The notes: a model not told the origin generated them from the letters alone. A stretch of 64,000 bases of DNA from Escherichia coli (GCF_003790525.1 NZ_CP033635.1); one strand, 5' to 3'; shown: positions 35,375 through 46,245, counted from the first letter of the stretch. Translations and numbers: made by a program.

Positions 35375-35728
35375 ATGAAAAAGATTGGTGTTGCAGGCTT
35401 ACAGCGTGAGCAGATTAAAAAAACCATTGAAGCGACGGCTCCTGGCTGTTTTGAAGTTTTCATTCATAACGACATGGAAGCGGCGATGAAAGTGAAATCC
35501 GGGCAACTGGATTACTACATCGGCGCGTGTAATACCGGTGCGGGCGCGGCATTGTCGATTGCCATCGCGGTGATTGGCTATAACAAAAGTTGCACCATTG
35601 CCAAACCAGGCATTAAAGCGAAAGACGAGCATATCGCCAAAATGATCGCTGAAGGAAAAGTGGCGTTTGGCCTTTCCGTTGAGCACGTCGAACACGCGAT
35701 TCCGATGCTGATTAACCATCTGAAATAA
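35375..35728 (+). CDS. yhfU: Uncharacterized protein YhfU
   Basis: ORF-track 130 aa trimmed to ATG at 35375 giving 117 aa MKKIGVAGLQREQIKK... Confidence 0.82.
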   Translation: MKKIGVAGLQREQIKKTIEATAPGCFEVFIHNDMEAAMKVKSGQLDYYIGACNTGAGAALSIAIAVIGYNKSCTIAKPGIKAKDEHIAKMIAEGKVAFGLSVEHVEHAIPMLINHLK

Positions 35729-35739
35729 AAGGCACGACT

Positions 35740-37044
35740 ATGGATCTGTATATTCAGATTATCGTGGTGGCGTGCCTGACGGGTATGACATCGCTTCTGG
35801 CGCATCGCTCGGCAGCCGTTTTTCATGACGGTATCCGCCCGATCCTGCCGCAACTGATTGAAGGCTATATGAACCGTCGCGAGGCGGGGAGTATCGCTTT
35901 TGGTCTGAGCATTGGTTTTGTGGCCTCGGTGGGGATCTCTTTTACCCTGAAAACCGGGCTGCTCAACGCATGGTTACTCTTTCTTCCTACCGATATCCTC
36001 GGCGTACTGGCGATAAACAGCCTGATGGCGTTTGGTCTTGGCGCTATCTGGGGCGTGTTGATCCTTACTTGCCTGTTGCCGGTAAACCAGCTGCTGACCG
36101 CGCTACCGGTGGATGTATTAGGTAGCCTCGGGGAATTAAGCTCGCCGGTGGTTTCAGCTTTTGCACTCTTCCCGCTGGTGGCGATTTTCTACCAGTTTGG
36201 CTGGAAGCAAAGTCTGATCGCCGCCGTGGTGGTACTGATGACCCGCGTGGTCGTCGTGCGCTATTTCCCACATCTTAACCCTGAATCCATCGAAATCTTT
36301 ATTGGTATGGTGATGCTGCTGGGGATCGCGATAACTCACGACCTGCGTCATCGTGATGAAAATGACATTGATGCCAGCGGGCTTTCGGTGTTTGAAGAAC
36401 GCACGTCACGGATTATCAAAAACTTACCGTATATCGCCATCGTGGGAGCATTGATTGCCGCCGTTGCCAGCATGAAGATTTTCGCCGGTAGTGAAGTGTC
36501 GATCTTCACTCTGGAGAAAGCGTACTCCGCAGGCGTAACGCCGGAACAATCGCAAACACTAATCAACCAGGCAGCTCTGGCGGAATTTATGCGCGGGCTG
36601 GGTTTTGTGCCGATGATTGCCACCACCGCGCTAGCCACCGGCGTGTATGCAGTTGCGGGCTTTACCTTTGTTTATGCGGTGGGCTATCTCTCGCCGAATC
36701 CGATGGTTGCAGCGGTATTAGGCGCAGTGGTTATTTCGGCGGAAGTCCTGCTGCTTCGTTCGATCGGCAAATGGCTGGGGCGCTACCCGTCGGTGCGTAA
36801 TGCGTCGGATAACATCCGTAACGCCATGAATATGCTGATGGAAGTGGCGTTGCTGGTCGGTTCGATCTTTGCAGCAATCAAAATGGCGGGCTATACCGGA
36901 TTCTCTATCGCAGTTGCCATTTACTTCCTCAACGAATCCCTGGGCCGTCCGGTACAGAAAATGGCGGCACCGGTCGTGGCAGTAATGATCACCGGTATTC
37001 TGCTGAATGTTCTTTACTGGCTTGGCCTGTTCGTTCCGGCTTAA
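35740..37044 (+). CDS. yhfT: Inner membrane protein YhfT (putative transporter)
   Basis: 434 aa, multi-pass hydrophobic; translation recognised. Confidence 0.88.
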   Translation: MDLYIQIIVVACLTGMTSLLAHRSAAVFHDGIRPILPQLIEGYMNRREAGSIAFGLSIGFVASVGISFTLKTGLLNAWLLFLPTDILGVLAINSLMAFGLGAIWGVLILTCLLPVNQLLTALPVDVLGSLGELSSPVVSAFALFPLVAIFYQFGWKQSLIAAVVVLMTRVVVVRYFPHLNPESIEIFIGMVMLLGIAITHDLRHRDENDIDASGLSVFEERTSRIIKNLPYIAIVGALIAAVASMKIFAGSEVSIFTLEKAYSAGVTPEQSQTLINQAALAEFMRGLGFVPMIATTALATGVYAVAGFTFVYAVGYLSPNPMVAAVLGAVVISAEVLLLRSIGKWLGRYPSVRNASDNIRNAMNMLMEVALLVGSIFAAIKMAGYTGFSIAVAIYFLNESLGRPVQKMAAPVVAVMITGILLNVLYWLGLFVPA

Positions 37045-37055
37045 GGAAGGCACCT

Positions 37056-38141
37056 ATGAAGACGTTTCCTCTGCAAAGCCTGACGCTTATTGAGGCGCAG
37101 CAAAAGCAGTTTGCGCTGGTGGATAGCATTTGTCGCCATTTTCCCGGCAGCGAGTTTCTTGCTGGCGGTGATTTAGGCTTAACGCCGGGGCTGAATCAAC
37201 CGCGCATTACCCAGCGAGTGGAACAGGTGCTGGCTGATGCATTTCACGCACAGGCTGCAGCGCTGGTACAGGGCGCGGGTACTGGCGCGATCCGTGCGGC
37301 GTTGGCGGCTTTGCTCAAACCGGGGCAGCGTCTTCTGGTGCATGACGCGCCTGTTTACCCGACGACTCAGGTCATTATTGAGCAGATGGGGCTGACGCTT
37401 ATTACTGCTAATTTCAATGACCTGTCGGCACTTAAGCAGGTCGTCGACGAGCAACAACCGGATGCGGCGCTGGTGCAGCATACGCGCCAGCAGCCGCAGG
37501 ACGGCTACATTCTGGCAGATGTGCTGGCAACGTTGCGCTCGGCAGGTGTTCCAGCCTTAACCGATGATAACTATGCGGTGATGAAGGTGGCGCGCATTGG
37601 CTGTGAATGCGGGGCGAATGTCTCGACATTTTCCTGCTTCAAGCTATTTGGGCCAGAGGGTGTTGGCGCGGTGGTAGGCGATGCCGATGTTATTAGCCGG
37701 ATTCGCGCCACGCTCTATTCCGGCGGCAGCCAGGTTCAGGGCGCGCAGGCGCTGGAAGTCTTGCGTGGTCTGGTGCTCGCGCCAGTGATGCACGCGGTGC
37801 AGGCGGGGGTATCTGAACGGTTGCTGGCTTTGCTTAACGGCGGCGCGGTGGCGGAAGTGAAAAGCGCCGTCATTGCCAATGCACAGTCGAAGGTATTGAT
37901 TGTGGAGTTTCATCAGCCGATTGCCGCCAGAGTGCTGGAAGAGGCGCAGAAACTCGGTGCCTTGCCTTACCCGGTTGGTGCAGAGTCGAAATATGAAATC
38001 CCGCCGCTCTTTTATCGACTTTCCGGAACGTTTCGCCAGGCGAATCCGCAGTTAGAACATTGCGCGATTCGCATTAACCCAAATCGCAGCGGTGAAGAGA
38101 CGGTATTGCGGATTTTGCGCGAGAGTATTGCCGACGTTTAA
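37056..38141 (+). CDS. yhfS: Putative PLP-dependent enzyme YhfS
   Basis: 361 aa; translation recognised. Confidence 0.88.
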   Translation: MKTFPLQSLTLIEAQQKQFALVDSICRHFPGSEFLAGGDLGLTPGLNQPRITQRVEQVLADAFHAQAAALVQGAGTGAIRAALAALLKPGQRLLVHDAPVYPTTQVIIEQMGLTLITANFNDLSALKQVVDEQQPDAALVQHTRQQPQDGYILADVLATLRSAGVPALTDDNYAVMKVARIGCECGANVSTFSCFKLFGPEGVGAVVGDADVISRIRATLYSGGSQVQGAQALEVLRGLVLAPVMHAVQAGVSERLLALLNGGAVAEVKSAVIANAQSKVLIVEFHQPIAARVLEEAQKLGALPYPVGAESKYEIPPLFYRLSGTFRQANPQLEHCAIRINPNRSGEETVLRILRESIADV

Positions 38142-38171
38142 TTCTGGGAACGATGTTTTTCGAAGAGTATG

Positions 38172-38207
38172 GAGAAAAAATACGCCCTCGGAAAATCTCG
38201 AGGGCGT
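38172..38207 (-). terminator. Intrinsic terminator downstream of yhfL (stem CGCCCTCG / CGAGGGCG, T-run on minus strand)
   Basis: 8 bp GC stem 38183..38206 with A-run 38172..38181 on plus strand (T-run on minus). Confidence 0.55.
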
Positions 38208-38247
38208 CAGGCAATTAAATCAGCATCTGCCAATTTCTGTCAGAGAC

Positions 38248-38415
38248 TTACTGTGCAGTAGGACCGCAACCGCCAATGATTTTAGAAATAGAAATAGCTG
38301 GGTGCAGCAGGTAGTCGTAAGAGCAGTTCTTATCACGGTTTTCAATATGACCAGTACATGCAGTTAACGTAGCCAGTACCGCACCTACCAGTGCAACTTT
38401 AATAAATTTGTTCAT
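38248..38415 (-). CDS. yhfL: Small lipoprotein YhfL (55 aa)
   Basis: Hand-translated minus-strand ORF: MNKFIKVALVGAVLATLTACTGHIENRDKNCSYDYLLHPAISISKIIGGCGPTAQ (lipobox LTAC). Below ORF-track size cutoff. Confidence 0.88.
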   Translation of the reverse strand: MNKFIKVALVGAVLATLTACTGHIENRDKNCSYDYLLHPAISISKIIGGCGPTAQ

Positions 38416-38629
38416 TTACATTCCCTATGTATTATATATTGATTAATATTCATTGATTATATGAATATAAGCAGACTGCTCATTAAGAATGATACAGGAA
38501 TATTTAATTGGCGTCAGTGAACGAATGACTTAATTTTGTAAGTCGCTGTAACGGTGAATATAACCCATTAGCAGATAATATTTATTAAGGGGGGTATTTT
38601 TATCTGCTGAATATATAAAGAGAGTTGTA

Positions 38630-38656
38630 AACGAAAAAGGCCAGAATTCTCTGGCC
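38630..38656 (-). terminator. Intrinsic terminator of nirBDC-cysG operon (stem GGCCAGA / TCTGGCC, T-run on minus strand)
   Basis: 7 bp stem 38639..38656, AAAAA on plus strand at 38634..38638, 10 nt downstream of cysG stop. Confidence 0.6.
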
Positions 38657-38665
38657 CTGGTTAAA

Positions 38666-40039
38666 TTAATGGTTAGAGAACCAGTTCAATTTATCGCGCA
38701 GGCCAACAACCCGACCAATAATAATTAGCGATGGACTGTTCATTTGCTGCGCCAGTTCGCCCAGCTGCGTGAGCGTACCGTCAATCACGCGCTGCGTGAC
38801 TGCCGTTCCGTTTTCGACAATTGCCACCGGCATTTCGCCAGGCATACCGTGTTCAATCAGCTTTTGCTGAATAGTCGCGGCCTGATTCAACCCCATATAG
38901 AACACCAGCGTCTGTTTTTCTGCCGCCAGGTTTTCCCAGTCCAGTTCGCCACCGGTTTTTAAGTGTCCGGTAATTAAGCGTACGCTCTGGGCATAATCGC
39001 GATGCGTGAGCGGAATACCCGAATAGGCAGAGCAACCAGAAGCTGCGGTAATACCCGGAACCACCGAGAACGGAATGCCTGCATTGCACAGTGTTTCCAG
39101 CTCTTCGCCACCACGGCCAAAAATAAACGGATCGCCGCCTTTCAGTCGCACCACGCGTTTGCCTTTTTGCGCTTCCCGCAGCAGGATCTGGTTAATCTCT
39201 TCCTGCGGTACGCAGTGGTATCCCGCGCGTTTGCCGACGAAAACGCGATCAGCATCGCGGCGTACCAGATTCATAATATCGTCAGAAACCAGACGGTCGT
39301 AGACCACCACATCTGCCTGCTGAATTTGTTGCAGTCCTTTCAGTGTCAGCAGCCCGGCATCGCCCGGACCTGCGCCAACCAGCACCACTTCACCGCGATG
39401 GTCGAGCGGTTCGTTGATTAATTGTTCGGTCGTTTCAGTAATGGCTTTCTGATCGTTGTTTGCCAGCGACTGCGCCAGACGGTCATTAACGAACAGTTTT
39501 TCCCAGAAACGGCGACGTTCACCCATTGTGGCGAACTGTTGTTTCACTCGACCGCGTAATTGCCCGGCGTATTTCGCTACCTGGCCCAGATGCAACGGCA
39601 GCAGTGATTCAAGTTTTTCACGCAACAGGCGTGCCAGAACCGGAGAGGTGCCGCCAGAGGAGACCGCGACCATGAGCGGTGAGCGGTCAATAATTGACGG
39701 CATAATAAAGCTGGCGGCTTTCGGCGCATCGACCACGTTACAGAAGATGCGACGAGCTTCAGCGGCTTCACTGACGCGCTGGTTAAGCGCGTCATCATCT
39801 GTCGCTGCAATCGCCAGCCAGCAGGTGTCGAGAAGGCTTTCATCAAATGGCCCTTCGACGAGGGTTAACATGCCTGCATCTGCCCATGCGGTGAACTGTG
39901 GAATAAACGCTAATGCATTCACCGTTAAGCGAGCGCCTGCGTCTAACAGCAACCTTGCTTTGCGTTCCGCGACATCACCACCGCCGACAATCAGACAGTC
40001 GCGATCGCGTAATTGGCAAAATATAGGCAAATGATCCAC
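38666..40039 (-). CDS. cysG: Siroheme synthase (uroporphyrinogen-III methyltransferase / precorrin-2 dehydrogenase / ferrochelatase)
   Basis: 457 aa; translation recognised. Confidence 0.96.
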
Positions 40040-40057
40040 GTAAAAACCCCTTAGTAA

Positions 40058-40864
40058 TTAACCGGCAGCTGTTTCAGTTTGATTAAATTTGTCCGCAACC
40101 GGACGATTCGCTTTCGGCGTAGCATACCAATAACCCAATCCCATGAATACGGCACCTGATAAAGTATTACCCAGCGTCACCCACAGCAGGTTATGACCAA
40201 TACCCGCCAGCGTGTAGGCTTCGCTGTGGTTGCCAAACCAGGAGAGGGCGAACAGCGTCATGTTCGCGATGGAGTGCTCGTAGCCGGACGCGATAAATGC
40301 CAGCAGACACCACCAGATAGCGATAAATTTCGCCGCCCCTTCAGTGCGCAGCGCCATCCAGATAGCCAGGCAAACCAGCCAGTTACACAATGCACCTTTG
40401 AAGAACAGTACCATTGCCGGTGCAGTGGTTTTAGCCAGCGCGACGGAGTGAACGATGCTGGTATCTACCGGCAGCAGGCTACCGCCGCCCCAGCTATAGA
40501 GCATGGCAACAAAGACGGAACCAACCAGGTTACCCAGCCAGGTTTGCGGCAGGATTGCCCACATTTGCCCGTGGCTGATAGTGCCCGCTTTCACTCCAAA
40601 GGTGAGGAACATGGTGTGTCCGGTGAACAGTTCAGAACCAGCAATAATGACCAGCGTTAAGGCGATACCAAAGGTCGCGCCCATCACCAGAGGACGTACG
40701 GACGGGTCGAGCAAATTACCGAGCGTGAAAATCAGGATGATCCCAAGACCCACATACGCCCCCGCCATTGCGGAGCTGACCCAGAAGCCGAGCGGGTTAT
40801 TTGCCGACAGGCGTGCAATGCGCGCAGCGTTAGCCGCACACTTATTAATAGTGTCTGTAAACAT
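40058..40864 (-). CDS. nirC: Nitrite transporter NirC (FNT family)
   Basis: 268 aa; translation recognised. Confidence 0.95.
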   Translation of the reverse strand: MFTDTINKCAANAARIARLSANNPLGFWVSSAMAGAYVGLGIILIFTLGNLLDPSVRPLVMGATFGIALTLVIIAGSELFTGHTMFLTFGVKAGTISHGQMWAILPQTWLGNLVGSVFVAMLYSWGGGSLLPVDTSIVHSVALAKTTAPAMVLFFKGALCNWLVCLAIWMALRTEGAAKFIAIWWCLLAFIASGYEHSIANMTLFALSWFGNHSEAYTLAGIGHNLLWVTLGNTLSGAVFMGLGYWYATPKANRPVADKFNQTETAAG

Positions 40865-40988
40865 TTGATTATCCTTTAAAAAATAAAAACAAAAAATAAA
40901 ACAAAAAGTTTAAAAAATGTCCTGCAATATACCAAGGTTATTACAGGACCATGCAAAAAGGGGAGGCATTGTGCCTCCCGTTAAAACA

Positions 40989-41315
40989 TTAACCGCGTAG
41001 CTGCACCACGCCGTCTTTCACTCGCGCGTCGTAATGCTTGACGGAAAACTGTTCGTCTTCCATGCACAAGCCGTCGCTTAAGCGAAAACGCTGTTTTTTC
41101 AGCGGGCTGGCGACCCACAGCTCGCCCTGGTGTTCCGCAATCAGCCCGCGTGACAGCACGCTGGACTCGAAGAACGGGTCGATGTTGCTGATCGCAAACA
41201 CCTGGTCGCTGTGATACGGGCGGAAAATTGCTACCTGCTCGTCACCTAACAGCGCGCAGACGCCGGTTTCAGGCAGGATGTCATCGATTTTGCAGATGTC
41301 TTTCCACTGGCTCAT
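40989..41315 (-). CDS. nirD: NADH-nitrite reductase small subunit (Rieske-like)
   Basis: 108 aa; 4 nt overlap with nirB. Confidence 0.95.
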   Translation of the reverse strand: MSQWKDICKIDDILPETGVCALLGDEQVAIFRPYHSDQVFAISNIDPFFESSVLSRGLIAEHQGELWVASPLKKQRFRLSDGLCMEDEQFSVKHYDARVKDGVVQLRG

Positions 41316-43855
41316 GCGTTGTCCTCCACCAGAGTTACCGGGATACGTTCATACGGCGTTGCCGGACGGTGCTGTTCGCGCTCTGGCACCATCTGCACGT
41401 TCGGGTCACGCTTGTCGCTGTTGATGAAGTGTTTGAAGCGAGTCTGCGCGGACGGTGTATTGACCGTTTCAGTCCACTCACACACTACCGCTTCACGCAG
41501 GCGCGCCATCTCTTCTTCCAGATGTGCGTTCAGCCCCAGTTTGTCGTCAATGATCACCGCTTTCAGGTAATCGATGCCACCTTCGAGGTTTTCTAACCAC
41601 GGCGCGGTACGCGTCAGTTTGTCGGCAGTACGGATGTAGAACATCATGAAGCGGTCAAGATATTTAATCAGCGTTTCGCGATCGATATCCGCTGCCAGCA
41701 GATCCGCATGACGCGGTTTCATGCCGCCGTTACCGCAAACATACAGGTTCCAGCCTTTTTCGGTGGCGATGATACCCACGTCTTTACCCTGAGCTTCTGA
41801 ACATTCACGGGTACAGCCAGAGACACCGAACTTCATTTTGTGCGGCGTACGGATGCCTTTGTAGCGGTTTTCCAGTTCCACGCCGAGGCCGACGCTGTCG
41901 CCAACGCCGTAGCGGCACCAGGTGCTACCCACGCAGGTTTTCGCCATACGCAGTGCTTTCGCATAGGCATGACCGGTTTCGAAGCCGGCTTCAATCAGCT
42001 GACGCCAGATTTCCGGCAGATCGTCTTTCTGTGCGCCAAACATCGCCAGGCGCTGAGAGCCGGTGATTTTGGTGTAGAGATTAAATTCACGCGCGATACG
42101 ACCTACTGCCATCAGCCCTTCCGGGGTGATTTCACCGCCCGGAGAACGCGGGATCACCGAGTAGGTGCCGTCTTTCTGGATGTTAGCGAGGAAGTTGTCG
42201 TTTGAATCCTGCAGCGGAGTATGTTCCGGCTTCAGAATGTATTCGTTCCAGCAGGAGGCCAGCAGCGAACCGACGGTCGGTTTACAAACTTCACAACCGT
42301 AGCCTTTGCCGTGTTTCGCCAGCAGTTCTTCGAAGGTTTTAATGCCTTCAACGCGGATCAAATGGAACAGTTCCTGACGCGAATAAGCAAAGTGTTCGCA
42401 CAGGTTGTTGTTAACTTCGATGCCCTGTTTCGCCAGTTCCGCGTTCAGTACCTGAGTGACCAGCGGGATACAGCCACCGCAGCCAGTACCCGCTTTGGTT
42501 TCAGCTTTCAGCGCCGCAACGGTGTGGCAGCCTTTGTTGATAGCTGCAATCAGATCGCCTTTGGTGACGTCGAAGCAGGAGCAGATTTGCGCGCTGTCCG
42601 GCAGTTTATCAACACCGATAGACGGCTTACCGCTACCTGAGTGCGCCGGCAGAATCAGAGAATCCGGGTTTTCCGGCAGTTCGATAGCGTTCAGCACCAG
42701 TTGCAGCAGGTTGCCGTAGTCGCTGGTATCGCCCACCAGTACCGCACCGAGCAGGGTTTTGTTGTCTTCGCTGACAATCAGGCGTTTGTAGATCTCTTTG
42801 CTTTCGTCGAGGTAAACGTAGCTACGTGCGCCAGGCGTGCGACCATGCGCATCACCAATACCGCCTACGTCTACGCCCAGCAGTTTCAGCTTAGCGCTAA
42901 GGTCAGCACCTTCAAAGGCGTTTTCGCTACCAAGAATATGGTCAACGGCGACCTGCGCCATTTTGTAGCCTGGTGCTACCAGACCAAATACACGGTTGTT
43001 CCAGCTTGCGCATTCACCGATGGCGTAGATATCCGGATCGGAAGTCTGGCAGGAATCATTGATGACAATACCCCCACGCGGAGCAACGTCCAGACCACAC
43101 TGGGTTGCCAGCTTATCGCGCGGACGGATACCGGTTGAGAAGACGATAAAGTCGACTTCCAGCTCGCTACCGTCGGCAAAACGCATGGTTTTACGCGCTT
43201 CGACACCTTCCTGCACAATCTCAAGGGTGTTTTTGCTGGTGTGAACGCGCACGCCCATACTTTCGATTTTGCGACGCAGCTGCTCGCCACCCATCTGATC
43301 AAGCTGTTCCGCCATCAGCATAGGGGCAAATTCGATAACGTGGGTTTCAATACCTAAGTTTTTCAGCGCGCCAGCGGCTTCCAGACCTAACAGGCCGCCA
43401 CCAACAACGGCACCGCGTTTGCTGCGACGGGCACAGGATTCAATGGCGTTGAGGTCTTCAATGGTGCGATAGACAAAGCAGTCCTGAGTATCAGAACCTT
43501 TGATTGGCGGGATCCACGGGTAGGAACCGGTTGCCATGATCAGCTTGTCATAAAAAACGGTACGTCCGGCGCTGGAGTGAATCACCTTCTCCTGACGGTT
43601 GATGGTGATAGCGCGTTCACCGACCAGAACTTTGATGCCGTGTTTCTCGTAGAAGCCTTCGCGCACCAGCGACAGCTCTTCGGCGGTGTGGTGAGAGAAG
43701 TAAGACGAGAGGTGTACGCGGTCATAAGCGATGCGCGGTTCTTCACAGAAAACGGTAATATCAAAGTTGGCCGCATCAGATTTATCAAGAAGATCTTCGA
43801 TAAAGCGATGGCCGACCATACCGTTACCGATAATTGCGAGTCTGACTTTGCTCAT
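41312..43855 (-). CDS. nirB: NADH-nitrite reductase large subunit
   Basis: 847 aa; translation recognised. Confidence 0.97.
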   Translation of the reverse strand: MSKVRLAIIGNGMVGHRFIEDLLDKSDAANFDITVFCEEPRIAYDRVHLSSYFSHHTAEELSLVREGFYEKHGIKVLVGERAITINRQEKVIHSSAGRTVFYDKLIMATGSYPWIPPIKGSDTQDCFVYRTIEDLNAIESCARRSKRGAVVGGGLLGLEAAGALKNLGIETHVIEFAPMLMAEQLDQMGGEQLRRKIESMGVRVHTSKNTLEIVQEGVEARKTMRFADGSELEVDFIVFSTGIRPRDKLATQCGLDVAPRGGIVINDSCQTSDPDIYAIGECASWNNRVFGLVAPGYKMAQVAVDHILGSENAFEGADLSAKLKLLGVDVGGIGDAHGRTPGARSYVYLDESKEIYKRLIVSEDNKTLLGAVLVGDTSDYGNLLQLVLNAIELPENPDSLILPAHSGSGKPSIGVDKLPDSAQICSCFDVTKGDLIAAINKGCHTVAALKAETKAGTGCGGCIPLVTQVLNAELAKQGIEVNNNLCEHFAYSRQELFHLIRVEGIKTFEELLAKHGKGYGCEVCKPTVGSLLASCWNEYILKPEHTPLQDSNDNFLANIQKDGTYSVIPRSPGGEITPEGLMAVGRIAREFNLYTKITGSQRLAMFGAQKDDLPEIWRQLIEAGFETGHAYAKALRMAKTCVGSTWCRYGVGDSVGLGVELENRYKGIRTPHKMKFGVSGCTRECSEAQGKDVGIIATEKGWNLYVCGNGGMKPRHADLLAADIDRETLIKYLDRFMMFYIRTADKLTRTAPWLENLEGGIDYLKAVIIDDKLGLNAHLEEEMARLREAVVCEWTETVNTPSAQTRFKHFINSDKRDPNVQMVPEREQHRPATPYERIPVTLVEDNA

Positions 43856-43912
43856 TTTTGCCTCGATTTCTTTTCTATTACCGCCTACCTTAACGATTCA
43901 GCAACCCCGCTT

Positions 43913-43926
43913 ATTGATGTAAATCA
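43913..43926 (-). promoter_or_regulatory. FNR binding site of nirB promoter (TTGATGTAAATCAA, perfect TTGAT-N4-ATCAA)
   Basis: Perfect FNR consensus centred about 64 bp upstream of nirB ATG, consistent with the known -41.5 site of the nir promoter. Confidence 0.8.
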
Positions 43927-43939
43927 AATTCACCTTTAT

Positions 43940-43955
43940 ATACTCCTTAAGGGGT
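43940..43955 (-). promoter_or_regulatory. NarL/NarP 7-2-7 heptamer pair (TACTCCT-TA-AGGGGTA) of nirB promoter
   Basis: Inverted heptamers matching TACYYMT, centred about 28 bp upstream of FNR site centre (about -69.5). Confidence 0.65.
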
Positions 43956-44116
43956 ATATTGCTGATTTGTATAAATTTTCTTAAGTCACGGAATTGTCTG
44001 ACATTTCATGTTTGTACAAAAAACAGACAAATTGAGCGGGTTTATAGAAATAGATGTACGTAGCGCGGTAAGAGAGGAAAAGGCCGGACGACGATAGTGC
44101 CGCCCGGCATGAGCAA

Positions 44117-45298
44117 TTAATGAGAGGTCAGGGTGTTATGCTGACGGTGACGGCTGACGAAACCTAACAGGAAGCACATCACAAAGACGACAGCGTACAG
44201 ACCGTTTGCCGTCAGCAGCGCCGCCTGCGGACCGCTATGTTCAACAATCGGGCCGGTAACCACAAAGGTCAACATAGTACCGATGGTCCCGCAGGTCAGG
44301 ACAAAGTTAACCAGTTTTGGCGACGGTACTTTGGTCTGCTGTGAACCCAAAGTGATGATGGTGGTATAGATCGCGCTGGAGAAGAAGCCCAGGGCGAGAA
44401 TTGACCACGCCATATGTGCCGGTGTTCCGGTGTTAAAGACGTACATCAGAATCGCAGCCAGACCAGCCAGTACGGTCAGAATGCGTTGCAAATCAAAGAA
44501 GCGAAGAATAAAGCTGAACGCCCACATGCCGACCATGTATGACATCCAGAAGTTACTCACCAGCGTGCCCGCGTCGTTCAGGCTCATGCCCAGGCCTTTG
44601 GCATACTCAGGCACCCAGGAGATAAAACCTAACTGACCGAGGATGTAGCACAGTGCCGCAATGGAGAGAAACAGCACGCCGATCCCCCATTTTTCTTTCG
44701 CTACCGGAGCGTCCGTTTTTGGCGCATGTTTACCCAGCGCCGGGAACTCACAGCCGAAGGTCAGAATAAAGATAGCGACGTACACCAGCCCGATGCAGGC
44801 ATAAACCCAGTACCACTCAATGCTGCGCGCCAGCAGAAACGCGGCGATCATTGGGAAAATCATCCCGGCCATACTGAAGAAGGAGTCGGTAAATAACAGG
44901 CGTGAACCGCGCTGACGTCCTTCATACATTTGTGTTACCAGGAATGTACCAATCGACATGGTGATGCCGCTGACCACCCCGAGAATGAACATCGCCGCCG
45001 AGAACAGTGCCAGGCTGTGGCTGAACATCAAACCGGCAACCGCCAGCACCATCAGGAGAAAGCCAAAACGTAACTGCGTTTTCAACGGGACGATTTCCAT
45101 CAGCCAGGCGTTGAGGAAGATAGAGATTAAAATGCCGGCGTTGAGGAAGGTGAAGGTATTACTCATACTGGAAACAGGCAGATTGAAATAATCGGCGATA
45201 TTTCCCATCACCATCCCGGTGACAATAACCAACGCACCGGTCAGTGCGTAGGAGAGAAAGCTAATCCATGTGAGCTTGATGCGATTGCTGTTAGTCAT
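44117..45298 (-). CDS. tsgA: MFS transporter TsgA
   Basis: 393 aa; translation recognised. Confidence 0.93.
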
Positions 45299-45420
45299 GA
45301 TTGGCCTGCGTTCAAAAATAAAATGGCATAGCGGGATATGCCGCGAGCGGGCGATTTTAGGTGATTTTGTGATCTGTTTAAATGTTTTATTGCAATCGGT
45401 TGCTAAATTGCATTTTAAGA

Positions 45421-45436
45421 GGTGATTTTGATCACA
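45421..45436. promoter_or_regulatory. CRP-like site GGTGATTTTGATCACA in tsgA/ppiA divergent region
   Basis: 9 of 10 match to TGTGA-N6-TCACA; ppiA is CRP/CytR-regulated by recall. Confidence 0.45.
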
Positions 45437-45559
45437 GAATAAAAAGTGATCGTCAGGTTACATATATTTCAGATACGTAAAATTAGGTAAAGGGATGGCC
45501 TTGTTCTTGAAGGCTATTTAGAATCTCTTCACTTGCTTTTTTTCTGCTCTGTTTGTTAA

Positions 45560-46141
<582 letters not shown>

Positions 46142-46151
46142 TGATTTCTCG

Positions 46152-46185
46152 CGCGGGCAATCTTGCCCGCGCTTCTGCTCTCCCG
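46152..46185 (+). terminator. Intrinsic terminator of ppiA (stem GCGCGGGCA / TGCCCGCGC)
   Basis: 9 bp GC stem 46154..46175 followed by T-rich TTCTGCTCT. Confidence 0.55.
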
Positions 46186-46245
46186 GCGTAACCCGGATTT
46201 GCCGCTTATACTTGTGGCAAATGGACACGTTCAGGGAGGCATCAA

